Positions 17,780 through 27,657 of a stretch of 64,000 nucleotides of DNA are shown piece by piece. The DNA comes from Alphaproteobacteria bacterium (GTDB lineage Bacteria > Pseudomonadota > Alphaproteobacteria > UBA8366). Both the position numbers and the translations under genes were made by a program. Within the stretch, counting starts at the first letter, position 1, and each line of letters opens with the position of its first letter. The DNA is taken from the NCBI GenBank assembly GCA_965228975.1, contig OZ245851.1:4405953-4469952 (forward strand). The letters are read 5' to 3'. Under the pieces are notes generated by a model. The model worked only from the letters and a program-made list of their open reading frames with translations, was not told the origin of the DNA and did not search any database.

Positions 17780-18646
17780 ATGGCCAAGGATTTGCCGCGT
17801 CTGAACGGCGCGATCCGGGCGCTCGAACAGGGCAAGCCCACCTTCACCACCTTCACCGCGCCGGAAATCGGCGCGACCCAGGCGATCAACGCCGCGCCGT
17901 ATGATGCGCTGGTGTTCGAGATGGAGCACGGCGCCTATGACGTCACCGCGATGCGCCACTGCATGCAATATATGCTCGACCGGCGCCAGATCCTGGACGG
18001 CGGCAGCCTCGCGCCCGCGACCGCGCCCTTCGTGCGCATTCCGCCGAACGGCGGCGAAATGAACCAGTGGACCGCCAAGCAGGTGCTCGACCTCGGCGTC
18101 TACGGCGTGATCTGGCCGCATGTCAGCACGGTCGACGAGGCGCGCAACGCGGTCGCCGCCTGCCGATACCCCCGCCCGCCGGAGGCACCATTGTTCGAGC
18201 CCGCGGGCCAGCGCGGCGATGGCCCGCGCACCGCCGCCGGCTACTGGGGCGTGGACCAGCAGACCTATTACAAACGCGCCGACGTGTGGCCGCTGAATCC
18301 GGACGGCGAAATCCTCGTGGTGATCATGTGCGAGGAGAAACGCGCCATCGACAACCTGCCGAAGATGCTGGAAGAGGTTCAGGGCATCGGCGTGGTGCTG
18401 ATCGGCGAAGGCGACCTGTCGCAAGATTTAGGCTATCCAAGGCAGTATGACCATCCGACCGTCGCGTCGGCGATCGACGAGATCCTGACGATCTGCAAGG
18501 AACATGACGTGGTCTGCGGCCATCCGCATGTCGACGCCGGCAATGTGGACGAGCTGTTGGAGCGCGGCTTCCGCTGGCTGATGGCGCAACCGACACTGTC
18601 CTTCGCCGGGTTGGAACGGGGCCTCGCCTCATCCGGACGCGGCTGA
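17780..18646 (+). CDS. HpcH/HpaI-family aldolase
   Basis: 288 aa with DALVFEMEHGAYD and VLIGEGDLSQDLG motifs, typical of class II 2-keto-3-deoxy-acid aldolases. Confidence 0.7.
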   Translation: MAKDLPRLNGAIRALEQGKPTFTTFTAPEIGATQAINAAPYDALVFEMEHGAYDVTAMRHCMQYMLDRRQILDGGSLAPATAPFVRIPPNGGEMNQWTAKQVLDLGVYGVIWPHVSTVDEARNAVAACRYPRPPEAPLFEPAGQRGDGPRTAAGYWGVDQQTYYKRADVWPLNPDGEILVVIMCEEKRAIDNLPKMLEEVQGIGVVLIGEGDLSQDLGYPRQYDHPTVASAIDEILTICKEHDVVCGHPHVDAGNVDELLERGFRWLMAQPTLSFAGLERGLASSGRG

Positions 18647-18788
18647 GCGGCACACCTCGGCGGGCCGGCTCAAATTTGCCGTCCGCCGCATTGCGGCGGC
18701 GGCGGATTCCGCGCATACATAAGCTATCGGGGACCGTTCTCCTCCCACCGATTTCCGGCGCAGAGACACGACAAAAGCGAGCATCTTC

Positions 18789-20420
18789 ATGCAAAAACCA
18801 GACTCGGTCCGCGGCGCGGATAGGGCCGCGCAGGCCCTGCGGGCGGCCGGCATCGAAACCGTCTTCGCCATGTCCGGCAACCAGATCATGGTCCTGTTCG
18901 ATGCCTTCCTGGACGAACAGATCAACGTCGTCCATATCCGCCACGAAGCCGCCGCGGTCCACATGGCCGAAGCCCGTGCGCAGTTGACCGGCGATGTCGC
19001 GGTTGCGCTGGTACCGGCCGGGCCGGGATTTGCCAACGCGTTGTCCGCGCTCTATTCCGCCCGCATGTCCGAAAGCCCGATGGTGCTGTTGAGCGGCCAC
19101 GCGCCCGTCGCCCGCATCGGCCAGGGCGCCTTTCAGGAAATGCCGCAGGCCGATATGGCCGCCCATCTGGCGAAGGCCTCATGGACCGTCGAGAAACCCG
19201 AAGACGCCGCTGCCGCCGTCGCCGAGGCAATGCGGATCGCGCGCGCCGGCCGGCCCGGACCGGTTCATGTCGCCCTGCCCTTCGACATCCTCTGCGCCGA
19301 GACCAATGGCGGCGCGGTGCCCGCGGCGGAGGCGTTTACGCCGTCCTCAACCGACCTGGCCGACGCGGACGCCCGGAAAACACTCGACGCCATCGCGGCG
19401 GCCGCGCGCCCGTTGATCCTGGTCGGCCCGACCTTCGCCCGTGGCAAAGGGGCGGAGGCCGCGAAACGCCTTGAGGCGGCAACCGGGGTGCCCGTCGTTT
19501 GCTCGGAAAGCCCACGGGGCACCAACGATCCCTGTCTCGGTGCGTTCGCGGAAGCGTTGCAAGACGCCGATCTGGTGGTGTCGGTCGGCAAGCGGCTGGA
19601 TTTCACCGTCCAGCTGGGCGCGGCAATGGCCGCCGATGGCGCCGTCATTCACATCGATCCGGAACAGTTGGAGCTCGACCGCAGCGGCGCGTTGTTCGGA
19701 GACCGCCTGAAGCTGTCCGCCAAGGCCGATGCGCTGCCCGCCGCCGAACGATTGACCGCTCTCGCCGAGGCACCGGGCATAGACGCCGACTGGGCCGCCA
19801 ACGTGAAAGACGCGGTGACCCACCGGCCCGCGGAATGGGCGTCGCTCTCCGGCGGACCGGACGGCCCGCTGCACCCGATCGACGTCTGCCGCGCGGTTCA
19901 AGCCAAGCTCGACGAGTCGCCGGACGCGGTGCTCATTATCGATGGCGGCGAATTCGGCCAATGGGCGCAGGCCTGCCTGAAAGCCCCAAACCGCATCATC
20001 AACGGCCCCGGCGGCGCCATCGGCGCGGGCATTCCGTTCAGTGTCGCCGCCGGCCTTACCAAGCCCGGCGCACCGGTCATCGCGCTGATGGGCGACGGCT
20101 CGATGGGGTTCCATCTGAGCGAGTTCGACACGGCGGCGCGGGCCAATTCGCCCTTCGTGCTGATCGTCGGCAACGACGCGAAATGGAACGCGGAATTCCA
20201 GATCCAGCTGCGCGACTACGGACCGCAGCGTATGATGGGGTGCGAACTGAACGCCACGCGATACGACCAAGCCGCCGTCGCCTTGGGATGCGAAGGGGGA
20301 CTGGTGACCCGCGCGGACGAAATGGCGCCGGCCCTCGACAAGGCCTTGAAATCGGGCCGTCCGACCTGCCTCAACGTATCGATCGAAAGCCATCCGGCGC
20401 CGACGGTCCGGCGCGGCTGA
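18789..20420 (+). CDS. Thiamine-diphosphate-dependent enzyme (acetolactate synthase / oxalyl-CoA decarboxylase / 2-hydroxyacyl-CoA lyase-like)
   Basis: N-terminal Pyr domain (GIETVFAMSGNQIMVLFDA...RHEAAAVHMAEA). C-terminal ThDP-binding GDGSMGF...N motif. Confidence 0.8.
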   Translation: MQKPDSVRGADRAAQALRAAGIETVFAMSGNQIMVLFDAFLDEQINVVHIRHEAAAVHMAEARAQLTGDVAVALVPAGPGFANALSALYSARMSESPMVLLSGHAPVARIGQGAFQEMPQADMAAHLAKASWTVEKPEDAAAAVAEAMRIARAGRPGPVHVALPFDILCAETNGGAVPAAEAFTPSSTDLADADARKTLDAIAAAARPLILVGPTFARGKGAEAAKRLEAATGVPVVCSESPRGTNDPCLGAFAEALQDADLVVSVGKRLDFTVQLGAAMAADGAVIHIDPEQLELDRSGALFGDRLKLSAKADALPAAERLTALAEAPGIDADWAANVKDAVTHRPAEWASLSGGPDGPLHPIDVCRAVQAKLDESPDAVLIIDGGEFGQWAQACLKAPNRIINGPGGAIGAGIPFSVAAGLTKPGAPVIALMGDGSMGFHLSEFDTAARANSPFVLIVGNDAKWNAEFQIQLRDYGPQRMMGCELNATRYDQAAVALGCEGGLVTRADEMAPALDKALKSGRPTCLNVSIESHPAPTVRRG

Positions 20421-20455
20421 GCGGCGGCCGACACTTCCCCAAGAAATCGGCACGG

Positions 20456-20484
20456 AAAAAAAGTGGGGCCACGAAGGCCCCACT
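20456..20484 (-). terminator. Rho-independent terminator downstream of the ABC substrate-binding protein gene
   Basis: Perfect 9-bp stem AGTGGGGCC-loop-GGCCCCACT, followed on the minus strand by a run of seven T. Confidence 0.8.
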
Positions 20485-20508
20485 CGATCGCCGGTCAAAT
20501 GACGGCGT

Positions 20509-22029
20509 TTATTTCTTCCACTTCGCGAACTGGAAGCGCGGCACTTCGTCGAGGCCGGCTTTGAGTTCGAGATCCTTGTGGATTCCGTAGAAGCGTTTGA
20601 CGCCGAAGGTCGGCATCCAATACGCCTGATCGATGATCCGCTTCTGCGCCTTCTTGTAGATGGCGGCGCGAAGCTCGGGATCGACCGAATTACGGGCCTC
20701 GTTCAACCATTTCGACAATTCCTCGTCGCCCGTATAGTTATTCGACGATTCCATGTCGAAGAAGGGGAACAGGATCGCGTCTGCATCGAAGATGTTGTAG
20801 CTGCCCCAGTTCCAGTTACCGATACCCGTCACCTTGCCGGCACGGCGCAGCTTGGCCATCTGTTGCGAATTCCCGCGGTAGTCCTTCAGGTTCACCTTGA
20901 TGCCGACCTTCTTCAACATCTCCACCGCCGCCTGATTGGGCAGGTTCTGGTGATCGGCATACTGCCAGAGGTCGATTTCGAACCCGTTCGGGAAACCGGC
21001 TTCGGCCAATAGCTTCTTGGCTTTCTCCGGATCGTAGTCATACCACTTGATGGTCTTGTCGTAACCGAAATGATGCGGGCTCATCGGCGTATTCACCGGA
21101 TACCCTTCGTCCCGGACCAGCTTCTTGACGATCTTGTCCCGGTTGATCGCATGCGCGATCGCCCGGCGGACCCGGACGTCCTTGACCGGCGTATCCCCTG
21201 CCCGGCCCTTCGAATCGAATTGCCAGAAGTCGATCCGGATGATCGGGAAGTTCAACACCTCGTAGTTCGGCTGGTCCTTGAAGCCCGGCACCTGGTCGAG
21301 CAGCAGGTTCAGCGAGACGTCGGTACCGCCCGAGAACAGTTCGGCAAGCCGCGTGGACGCTTCCGGCACGACCTTCAGAGTCGCTTTTTCGATCGCGGGA
21401 ACGCCCTTCATCCAGTAGTTCTCGTTGCGCACGAGTTCGACCTTGCTGCCCTTGGTCCAGCTCACCCACTTGTATGGGCCGGACCCCATGGCGTGCTCTT
21501 GCATATACTGGTCGTCCTTGCCCCACTTCGGATCCATGATGAAGAGCGTGTTCAGACGTTCCAGCGCCAGCGCATACGGCTCATGGGTGTGGATGATGAA
21601 GTTGTGGTCGTCGATGACCTCGACGCTCTTGACCCATTTGAAGTTCGGCAGCCGCGGTGACTTGCGGTCCTTGTTGAGAACCCGGTCCTCGATCGTGTAC
21701 CGGACTGCCTCGGCGGTCAGCGGGTTGCCGTTATGAAACTTCACATCTTTGCGGATCGTGAATTTCCATGACCGGTCGGTCGGCGTGCTCCACGACGTCG
21801 CGACATGCGGCAAAATCTTTCCCGTGTCCGGATCGCGCAACACCAGCGGATCCCAGACCATGTAACCCATCTGGAGCATCTGACGTGCGGACGTCTGATA
21901 CGGCTCCATGGTGTGGAACTTGGTGTAGAACGCGATGTTCAAACTGTCGCGCGCCGCCTGCGCCGGCGCCACGACCGCGACCGCGAGAAACGCGGTGGCG
22001 ATGGATAAAAGTTTAAGTCTGCCTGGCAT
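20509..22029 (-). CDS. ABC transporter substrate-binding protein, peptide/nickel (family 5) type
   Basis: 506 aa with signal peptide (LKLLSIATAFLAVAVVAPAQA). SBP_bac_5-like sequence. Adjacent to DppBCDF-like genes. Confidence 0.85.
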   Translation of the reverse strand: MPGRLKLLSIATAFLAVAVVAPAQAARDSLNIAFYTKFHTMEPYQTSARQMLQMGYMVWDPLVLRDPDTGKILPHVATSWSTPTDRSWKFTIRKDVKFHNGNPLTAEAVRYTIEDRVLNKDRKSPRLPNFKWVKSVEVIDDHNFIIHTHEPYALALERLNTLFIMDPKWGKDDQYMQEHAMGSGPYKWVSWTKGSKVELVRNENYWMKGVPAIEKATLKVVPEASTRLAELFSGGTDVSLNLLLDQVPGFKDQPNYEVLNFPIIRIDFWQFDSKGRAGDTPVKDVRVRRAIAHAINRDKIVKKLVRDEGYPVNTPMSPHHFGYDKTIKWYDYDPEKAKKLLAEAGFPNGFEIDLWQYADHQNLPNQAAVEMLKKVGIKVNLKDYRGNSQQMAKLRRAGKVTGIGNWNWGSYNIFDADAILFPFFDMESSNNYTGDEELSKWLNEARNSVDPELRAAIYKKAQKRIIDQAYWMPTFGVKRFYGIHKDLELKAGLDEVPRFQFAKWKK

Positions 22030-22164
22030 TGCGGGCCTCTCCTTTTGTCATTCGATTTCCAATTTTTCGAATTTTCCGATCATTGCGGTGCTCCCTTATC
22101 GACCGCAGCCCTTTGTCGCATCGTTCAGCCGCAGCCGGACCGGATAGTCTTTTTGTTGTTCCGT

Positions 22165-22197
22165 TTCAAAAGAATAGAGTGACCGCCGAAGGCGGCG
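22165..22197 (-). terminator. Candidate intrinsic terminator between the ATPase gene and the SBP gene
   Basis: Stem CCGCC-TTC-GGCGG followed on the minus strand by TCACTCTATTCTTTT. Confidence 0.45.
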
Positions 22198-22276
22198 CAA
22201 GTCACTTACCCCGTAATTACAACCAATGCGCCACGAATATGGGCCGATGCGGCACGTTTACATGAGAATGCCCCCA

Positions 22277-23314
22277 TCACGCCGACTCCACCGACGCGAC
22301 GTGTGCCGGCTCGGACGCCGCCGAGGCGTCCTCTTCCGATAACCAGCACTTGCTGCCGTGGGTCGGACCGAGTTCGAACATCGGCGGCCGGGCCTGCTGG
22401 CATTTCGGCATGGCATGGGGGCACCGCGGCGCGAACGGACAGCCCGGCGGCAACCGGATCAGGTTCGGCACGCTGCCGGGAATCTCCTGCAGCGGCTGCT
22501 TCCCCTTCGAAAACTTATCGCCGAGCCGCGGGATCGACCGCAGAAGTCCCTGTGTGTAGGGGTGCTGCGCAGTTTCGAAAAGGTCGTCGATCAGCAAATA
22601 CTCGACGACCTCGCCGGCGTACATGACGACGACCTCGTCCGATGTTTCCGCGATCACGCCCAGGTCGTGGGTGATCAACATGACGGCCATGTCGAGCTCT
22701 TCCTGCAGCGACAGGATCAGTTCGAGAATCTGCGCCTGGATCGTCACGTCCAGCGCCGTGGTCGGCTCGTCCGCAATCAGCAGTTTCGACCGGCAGGCGA
22801 TCGCCATGGCGATCATCACCCGCTGGCGCATGCCGCCGGAGAATTGATGCGGATAGTCGCCGAGCCGGCTCTTCGCGCTGGGAATGCCGACCTGGTCGAG
22901 CATTTCGGCGGCGGCGGCCAATGCCTCGTCGCGGCCTTTCCCTTGATGAATCATGAACACTTCGGCGACCTGGTCGCCGACGGTCAAAACCGGGTTCAAC
23001 GAGGTCATGGGTTCCTGGAAGATCATCGAGATATCGGCGCCCCGCACGTCGCGCATCTCGCTGTCCGACAGTTTCAAAAGATCCCGGCCGTCGAAATTGA
23101 TTTCGCCTTCAACGATGCGTCCCGGCGGATCCGCGACCAGCCGCATCACGGACAAGGCGGTCACGGACTTGCCGCTTCCCGACTCACCCAGGACACCGAG
23201 CGTCCGGCCTCGATGAATCTGCAAGTTGACGCCGTCGACCGCCTTGACGGTTCCGGCCGGCGTGAAGAAATGCGTCCGCAGCCCGGACACGGAGAGTACG
23301 ACGTTATCAGTCAT
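22277..23314 (-). CDS. ABC transporter ATP-binding protein (DppD/OppD-like)
   Basis: Walker A GESGSGKS, signature FSGGMRQR, Walker [14 protein letters not shown]-terminal oligopeptide-type extension with Cys motifs. Confidence 0.9.
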   Translation of the reverse strand: MTDNVVLSVSGLRTHFFTPAGTVKAVDGVNLQIHRGRTLGVLGESGSGKSVTALSVMRLVADPPGRIVEGEINFDGRDLLKLSDSEMRDVRGADISMIFQEPMTSLNPVLTVGDQVAEVFMIHQGKGRDEALAAAAEMLDQVGIPSAKSRLGDYPHQFSGGMRQRVMIAMAIACRSKLLIADEPTTALDVTIQAQILELILSLQEELDMAVMLITHDLGVIAETSDEVVVMYAGEVVEYLLIDDLFETAQHPYTQGLLRSIPRLGDKFSKGKQPLQEIPGSVPNLIRLPPGCPFAPRCPHAMPKCQQARPPMFELGPTHGSKCWLSEEDASAASEPAHVASVESA

Positions 23315-24317
23315 GGGTCATCGGTCCGTGCAAGTGACAAGCAACCCAGTGATCCGGCCGCGCTTCGATCATCGTCGGTTCTTCAACACGGCAATGATCC
23401 ATCACCTTCGGGCAGCGCGTGTGGAAACGACAGCCGCTCGGCGGGTTGATCGGGCTGGGCACGTCGCCGCGCAGGATCGTCTTGCGCCGGGCGCGCCCGC
23501 CCGCCTCGGCGCGCGGCACGGCGGCGATCAGCGCCTCGGTATAGGGGTGCAGCGGCGTTTGATAGAGATCCCGGTCCGACGCCATTTCGACGATCTTGCC
23601 GAGGTACATCACGGCGACCCGGTCGGCGATATGCTCCACGACCGACAAATCGTGCGAGATGAAGAGAAAGGAAAACCCGAACTCTTCCTTCAACGAATCG
23701 AGCAGATTGATCACCTGTGCCTGGATCGACACGTCGAGCGCCGAGACCGCCTCGTCCGCGATGATGAGTTGCGGCGACATCGCCAACGCCCGGGCGATGC
23801 CGATGCGCTGACGCTGGCCGCCGGAAAACTCATGCGGAAAACGCTGCATATGTTCCCGCTGCAGGCCGACCTTCTCCAGGACCTGTTCGACATTCTTCTC
23901 CCAGTCCTTGTCACCGGTGTGTACGCGATAGGCCTCGCCGACGAGTTCCTTGACCCGCAGGCGGGGATTGAGCGACGCGAACGGATCCTGAAAGATGATC
24001 TGGATACGCTGCCGGATTCGATTGAGCTCTTCCTCATCGACCGCGAAGATATTGCGCCCGTCGAAACGTACTTCGCCCGCGGTCGGCTCATAAAGTTTCA
24101 GAAGCACGCGGCCGACCGTCGACTTGCCGCAACCGGATTCGCCGACCAAGCCCAGTGTCTCGCCCGGCTTGATCTGGAAACTGACGCCGTCGACCGCATA
24201 GACGAAATTGGCGACCCGCTTCAGCAGTCCTTCGCGCAGCGGAAAGTGCATTTTCAGATCGCGGACGTCCAAGACCGGCTGGTCCGCGGCGGCGGTTCCT
24301 TCTTCTTGTACGGCCAT
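23307..24317 (-). CDS. ABC transporter ATP-binding protein (DppF/OppF-like)
   Basis: Walker [10 protein letters not shown], signature FSGGQRQR, Walker [13 protein letters not shown]. Confidence 0.9.
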   Translation of the reverse strand: MAVQEEGTAAADQPVLDVRDLKMHFPLREGLLKRVANFVYAVDGVSFQIKPGETLGLVGESGCGKSTVGRVLLKLYEPTAGEVRFDGRNIFAVDEEELNRIRQRIQIIFQDPFASLNPRLRVKELVGEAYRVHTGDKDWEKNVEQVLEKVGLQREHMQRFPHEFSGGQRQRIGIARALAMSPQLIIADEAVSALDVSIQAQVINLLDSLKEEFGFSFLFISHDLSVVEHIADRVAVMYLGKIVEMASDRDLYQTPLHPYTEALIAAVPRAEAGGRARRKTILRGDVPSPINPPSGCRFHTRCPKVMDHCRVEEPTMIEARPDHWVACHLHGPMTHD

Positions 24318-24320
24318 CCG

Positions 24321-25244
24321 TTACGCCTTTCGCATCCGCGGGTCGAGCAGGTCGCGCAACGCGTCGCCGACGAGATTGATGCCCAAACAAGCCAGGAAGA
24401 TCGCGACGCCGGGTAACGTCGATAGCCACCAGACCGTCAGGATATAGTCGCGGCCCTCCGCCAGCATCAGGCCCCAAGAGGGCGTCGGGGGCTGAATACC
24501 GAGGCCCAGGAAGCTGAGGAAGGTCTCGCGGATGATCGAGCGCGCGACCTCGACGGTGGCGATGACCAACATGGCGGCCGCCAAATTATTCAGGATATGC
24601 TTGAAAATGATCCGGTAATGGTTGAGCCCTTGCGCGCGCGCCGCGATGACAAATTCCTGTTCGCGCAGTTTCCGCGTTTCTATTCGGGCCACGCGCGCGA
24701 ATATCGGCCAGTTCGATATGCCGAGCGCCAGGATGATGTTCTGCATCGACGCACCCAAAATAATAACCAGCGTCATCGCCAGCAGAATGAACGGAAAGGC
24801 CAACATGGCGTTGACACTGAAATCGACGACGGCGTCGATCCAGCCGCCGAAGTAACCGGCGAACAGACCGAGGATCACGCCGATGATCATCGAGACGAAC
24901 ACCGCCGAGACACCGACCGTCAGCGAAATCTGAGCGCCGTGAACGATCCGGCTGTAAACGTCGCGTCCGAGCTGATCGGTGCCGAGCCAATGTTCCGCCG
25001 AACCGCCTTCCATGAAGGCTGGCGGCGACAGCCGCTCCAAAATGTCCTGTGTTAGCGGATCGTGGGTCGCGACCCATGGCGCGAACAGCGCCATGATCAC
25101 CAGCACCGCCATCAACACGAGCCCGAAAACGCCCAAACGCAAGTGCCACATCTTGCGCACCATGATGTAGGCCTTGCTCGGCGCCTTTTCGACCTCGGCG
25201 GTCGCGGGCACCATGTCGGATGTATCTTCCACTCTTAGTGTCAT
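24321..25244 (-). CDS. ABC transporter permease (DppC-like)
   Basis: Polytopic protein of 307 aa with a BPD_transp_1-like EAA loop region (ARAQGLNHYRIIFKHILNN). Confidence 0.85.
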   Translation of the reverse strand: MTLRVEDTSDMVPATAEVEKAPSKAYIMVRKMWHLRLGVFGLVLMAVLVIMALFAPWVATHDPLTQDILERLSPPAFMEGGSAEHWLGTDQLGRDVYSRIVHGAQISLTVGVSAVFVSMIIGVILGLFAGYFGGWIDAVVDFSVNAMLAFPFILLAMTLVIILGASMQNIILALGISNWPIFARVARIETRKLREQEFVIAARAQGLNHYRIIFKHILNNLAAAMLVIATVEVARSIIRETFLSFLGLGIQPPTPSWGLMLAEGRDYILTVWWLSTLPGVAIFLACLGINLVGDALRDLLDPRMRKA

Positions 25245-25252
25245 AGCCTGCC

Positions 25253-26173
25253 CTATTCAAACCTGATGCGCGGATCGATCCACGCCGCGCCCACATCGGC
25301 CGCGAGATTCGCCAATATCGTAAAGCCGGAAAAGATAATCACGATCGCCTGGACCACCGGGAAATCGCCGACTTGGATCGATTCGACCGCCAGCCGCCCG
25401 AGCCCCGGCCAGGAAAACACCGTCTCGGTCACGACCGCACCGCCAAGCAGCGCGCCGAACTGGATGCCGGACACGGTCACCAGCGGAATGGCGGCATTCC
25501 GCAGTGCATGGCGCATGAGAACGGACCGTTCCTCGACACCCTTCGAGCGCGCGGTTCGGATGTAATCCTGGCTCAGCACTTCCAGCATGCCGGACCGGAC
25601 CAGCCGCATGTTGAGCGGCAAGATGAACGATCCCAAGGTAACCGCCGGCAATATCAGGTGTTCCCAGCTCTCGCTGCCCGATGCCGGCAGCCATTTGAGC
25701 CACACGCCGAATATCACGATCAGCACAATGCCGAGCCAGAACAACGGCATCGCCTGTCCGATCAGCACGATGAGAATCGTCATGTTATCGACGATCGAAT
25801 AGCGTTTGACCGCTGAAATAATGCCGAGGGGAATGGCCAGGAGCGTCGCGACAATCTGGGCGGCAATGGCCAGCTTCAGCGTCGGCCACAAGGAGGCCGC
25901 GATGAGGCTGCCGGCCGGCACCTTGGCGACCCAGGACACGCCGAAGTCGCCCGCGAAGATCACGCGGCCCATATAGTCGCCGTATTGAACGATCAGCGGC
26001 CGATTGAGGCCGTATTGTTCCTCGAAACGGGCGATGTCCTGATCGTCGGCATTTTCCGGAAGAAGTGTGGACGCCGGGTCCGCCGTGTAGAACAGCAGAA
26101 AGAAGGACACGAATGAAACGACGAGCGCAACGCCAATGGCGTGCAACAGCTTATGAACGATGTAAGTTCGCAT
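25253..26173 (-). CDS. ABC transporter permease (DppB-like)
   Basis: 306 aa polytopic protein with EAA loop (TARSKGVEERSVLMRHALRNA). Confidence 0.85.
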   Translation of the reverse strand: MRTYIVHKLLHAIGVALVVSFVSFFLLFYTADPASTLLPENADDQDIARFEEQYGLNRPLIVQYGDYMGRVIFAGDFGVSWVAKVPAGSLIAASLWPTLKLAIAAQIVATLLAIPLGIISAVKRYSIVDNMTILIVLIGQAMPLFWLGIVLIVIFGVWLKWLPASGSESWEHLILPAVTLGSFILPLNMRLVRSGMLEVLSQDYIRTARSKGVEERSVLMRHALRNAAIPLVTVSGIQFGALLGGAVVTETVFSWPGLGRLAVESIQVGDFPVVQAIVIIFSGFTILANLAADVGAAWIDPRIRFE

Positions 26174-26441
26174 CTATGTCACGTGAAATTGCCACCCTGT
26201 GAAATCAGTTTGTCACAACTTGACGGCAAGACAATAGCGGCGTCGCCCCGCAACCCATCGAATTGGCGGATCGATCCGCCCAGAAATAATTTCCCGCGGT
26301 TACCCCGTGACAATTCCGACCGGCGACATACATGATTGCGCACCTGTCGCCAGTTATGTTGCAATGCGATAGGCTCAATGGGGATAGAGGAAGGGCTTCG
26401 CCTGATTTTGGCGCAAAACAGGGAAGCTCGGGGCACATATC

Positions 26442-27605
26442 ATGACACACGGATTGTTTCGCACTGCAATAGTCGGGCTTCTGGGCGTTTGGTTTGCCGT
26501 CGGCGGCCCCGCACTGGCCCAACAAGGGCCGATGCCGGTCACGGTCGCCAAGCCGCTGGTCAAAAATATCACCGATTGGGACGAATACACCGGGCGTTTC
26601 GAAGCCGTCGAACGGGTCGACGTGCGGGCGCGCGTTTCCGGTTTCCTGGAATCGGTCCATTTCCGAGAAGGACAGATGGTCGAAAAGGATCAAGTCCTCT
26701 TCATCATCGACCCACGACCGTTCCAAGCGGAATTGGACGCGGCCAAGGCCGCCGTGGAAGCCGCGGAAACCGCCTTCAATCTGGCGGTCACGGAGTTGAA
26801 ACGCGCGGAACGGCTGGTGTCCCGCAACAATATCGCCCGCGAGACCGTCGATCAGCGCCGCGCCGCCCGGGAGACCGCGCGGGCTGAAATCCTATCGGCC
26901 AAGGCCCGAGTGCGCAGCGCCGAACTAAACCTCGAATTCACCCAGGTCCGTGCGCCGTTCAAAGGCCGGATATCGGACGCCCGGGTCGATGTCGGCAACC
27001 TGGTGGAAGGCGGTACCGCGCAATCCACCCTGTTGACCACATTGGTGTCGACCGATCCGATCCTGTTCACCTTCACCGCATCCGAGGCGGAATTCCTGAA
27101 ATACACGCGGCTCGATCTTTCCGGGCAGCGGGAATCGTCGCGGGAAAACCCGAACCCCGTCTACGTCCGCCTCGCCGACGAGACCGACTGGTCGCGCGAG
27201 GGTCAGATGTATTTCGTCGACAACGAATTGTCGCCGGATACCGGCACGATCCGCGGCAAGGCGATCTTCGACAATCCGGACGACTTGCTGACGCCCGGCG
27301 TGTTCGGACGGCTCCGCCTCGTAGGGTCGGCACCCTACGACGCCATCCTGATTCCGGACGATGCCGTCATTTCGGACCAAAGCCAGAAGATGGTCTTGGT
27401 GGTCGGCGACGACGCGGTGGTCCAACCGAAACCGGTGACGCTCGGCCCCCGTCACAACGGCTTGCGCGTTGTCCGATCGGGTCTCGGCGCGGACGAGAGG
27501 GTTATCATGCGCGGCGTGCAACGCGCCCGGCCCGGCGGCAAGGTCGTGCCGCAAGAGGGCATCCTGCAGCCCGACGGATCGCTCAAACAAGCGCCGGGAA
27601 GCTAG
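26442..27605 (+). CDS. RND efflux periplasmic adaptor (membrane fusion protein)
   Basis: Signal/anchor segment followed by lipoyl/hairpin motifs (VDVRARVSGFLESVHFREGQMVEKDQVLFIIDPRPFQAELD). Confidence 0.85.
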   Translation: MTHGLFRTAIVGLLGVWFAVGGPALAQQGPMPVTVAKPLVKNITDWDEYTGRFEAVERVDVRARVSGFLESVHFREGQMVEKDQVLFIIDPRPFQAELDAAKAAVEAAETAFNLAVTELKRAERLVSRNNIARETVDQRRAARETARAEILSAKARVRSAELNLEFTQVRAPFKGRISDARVDVGNLVEGGTAQSTLLTTLVSTDPILFTFTASEAEFLKYTRLDLSGQRESSRENPNPVYVRLADETDWSREGQMYFVDNELSPDTGTIRGKAIFDNPDDLLTPGVFGRLRLVGSAPYDAILIPDDAVISDQSQKMVLVVGDDAVVQPKPVTLGPRHNGLRVVRSGLGADERVIMRGVQRARPGGKVVPQEGILQPDGSLKQAPGS

Positions 27606-27657
27606 AGTTCCCGTCCCTTTGATATTTCAATCAAACCGGTAATTGGAGCGCGCGAGC

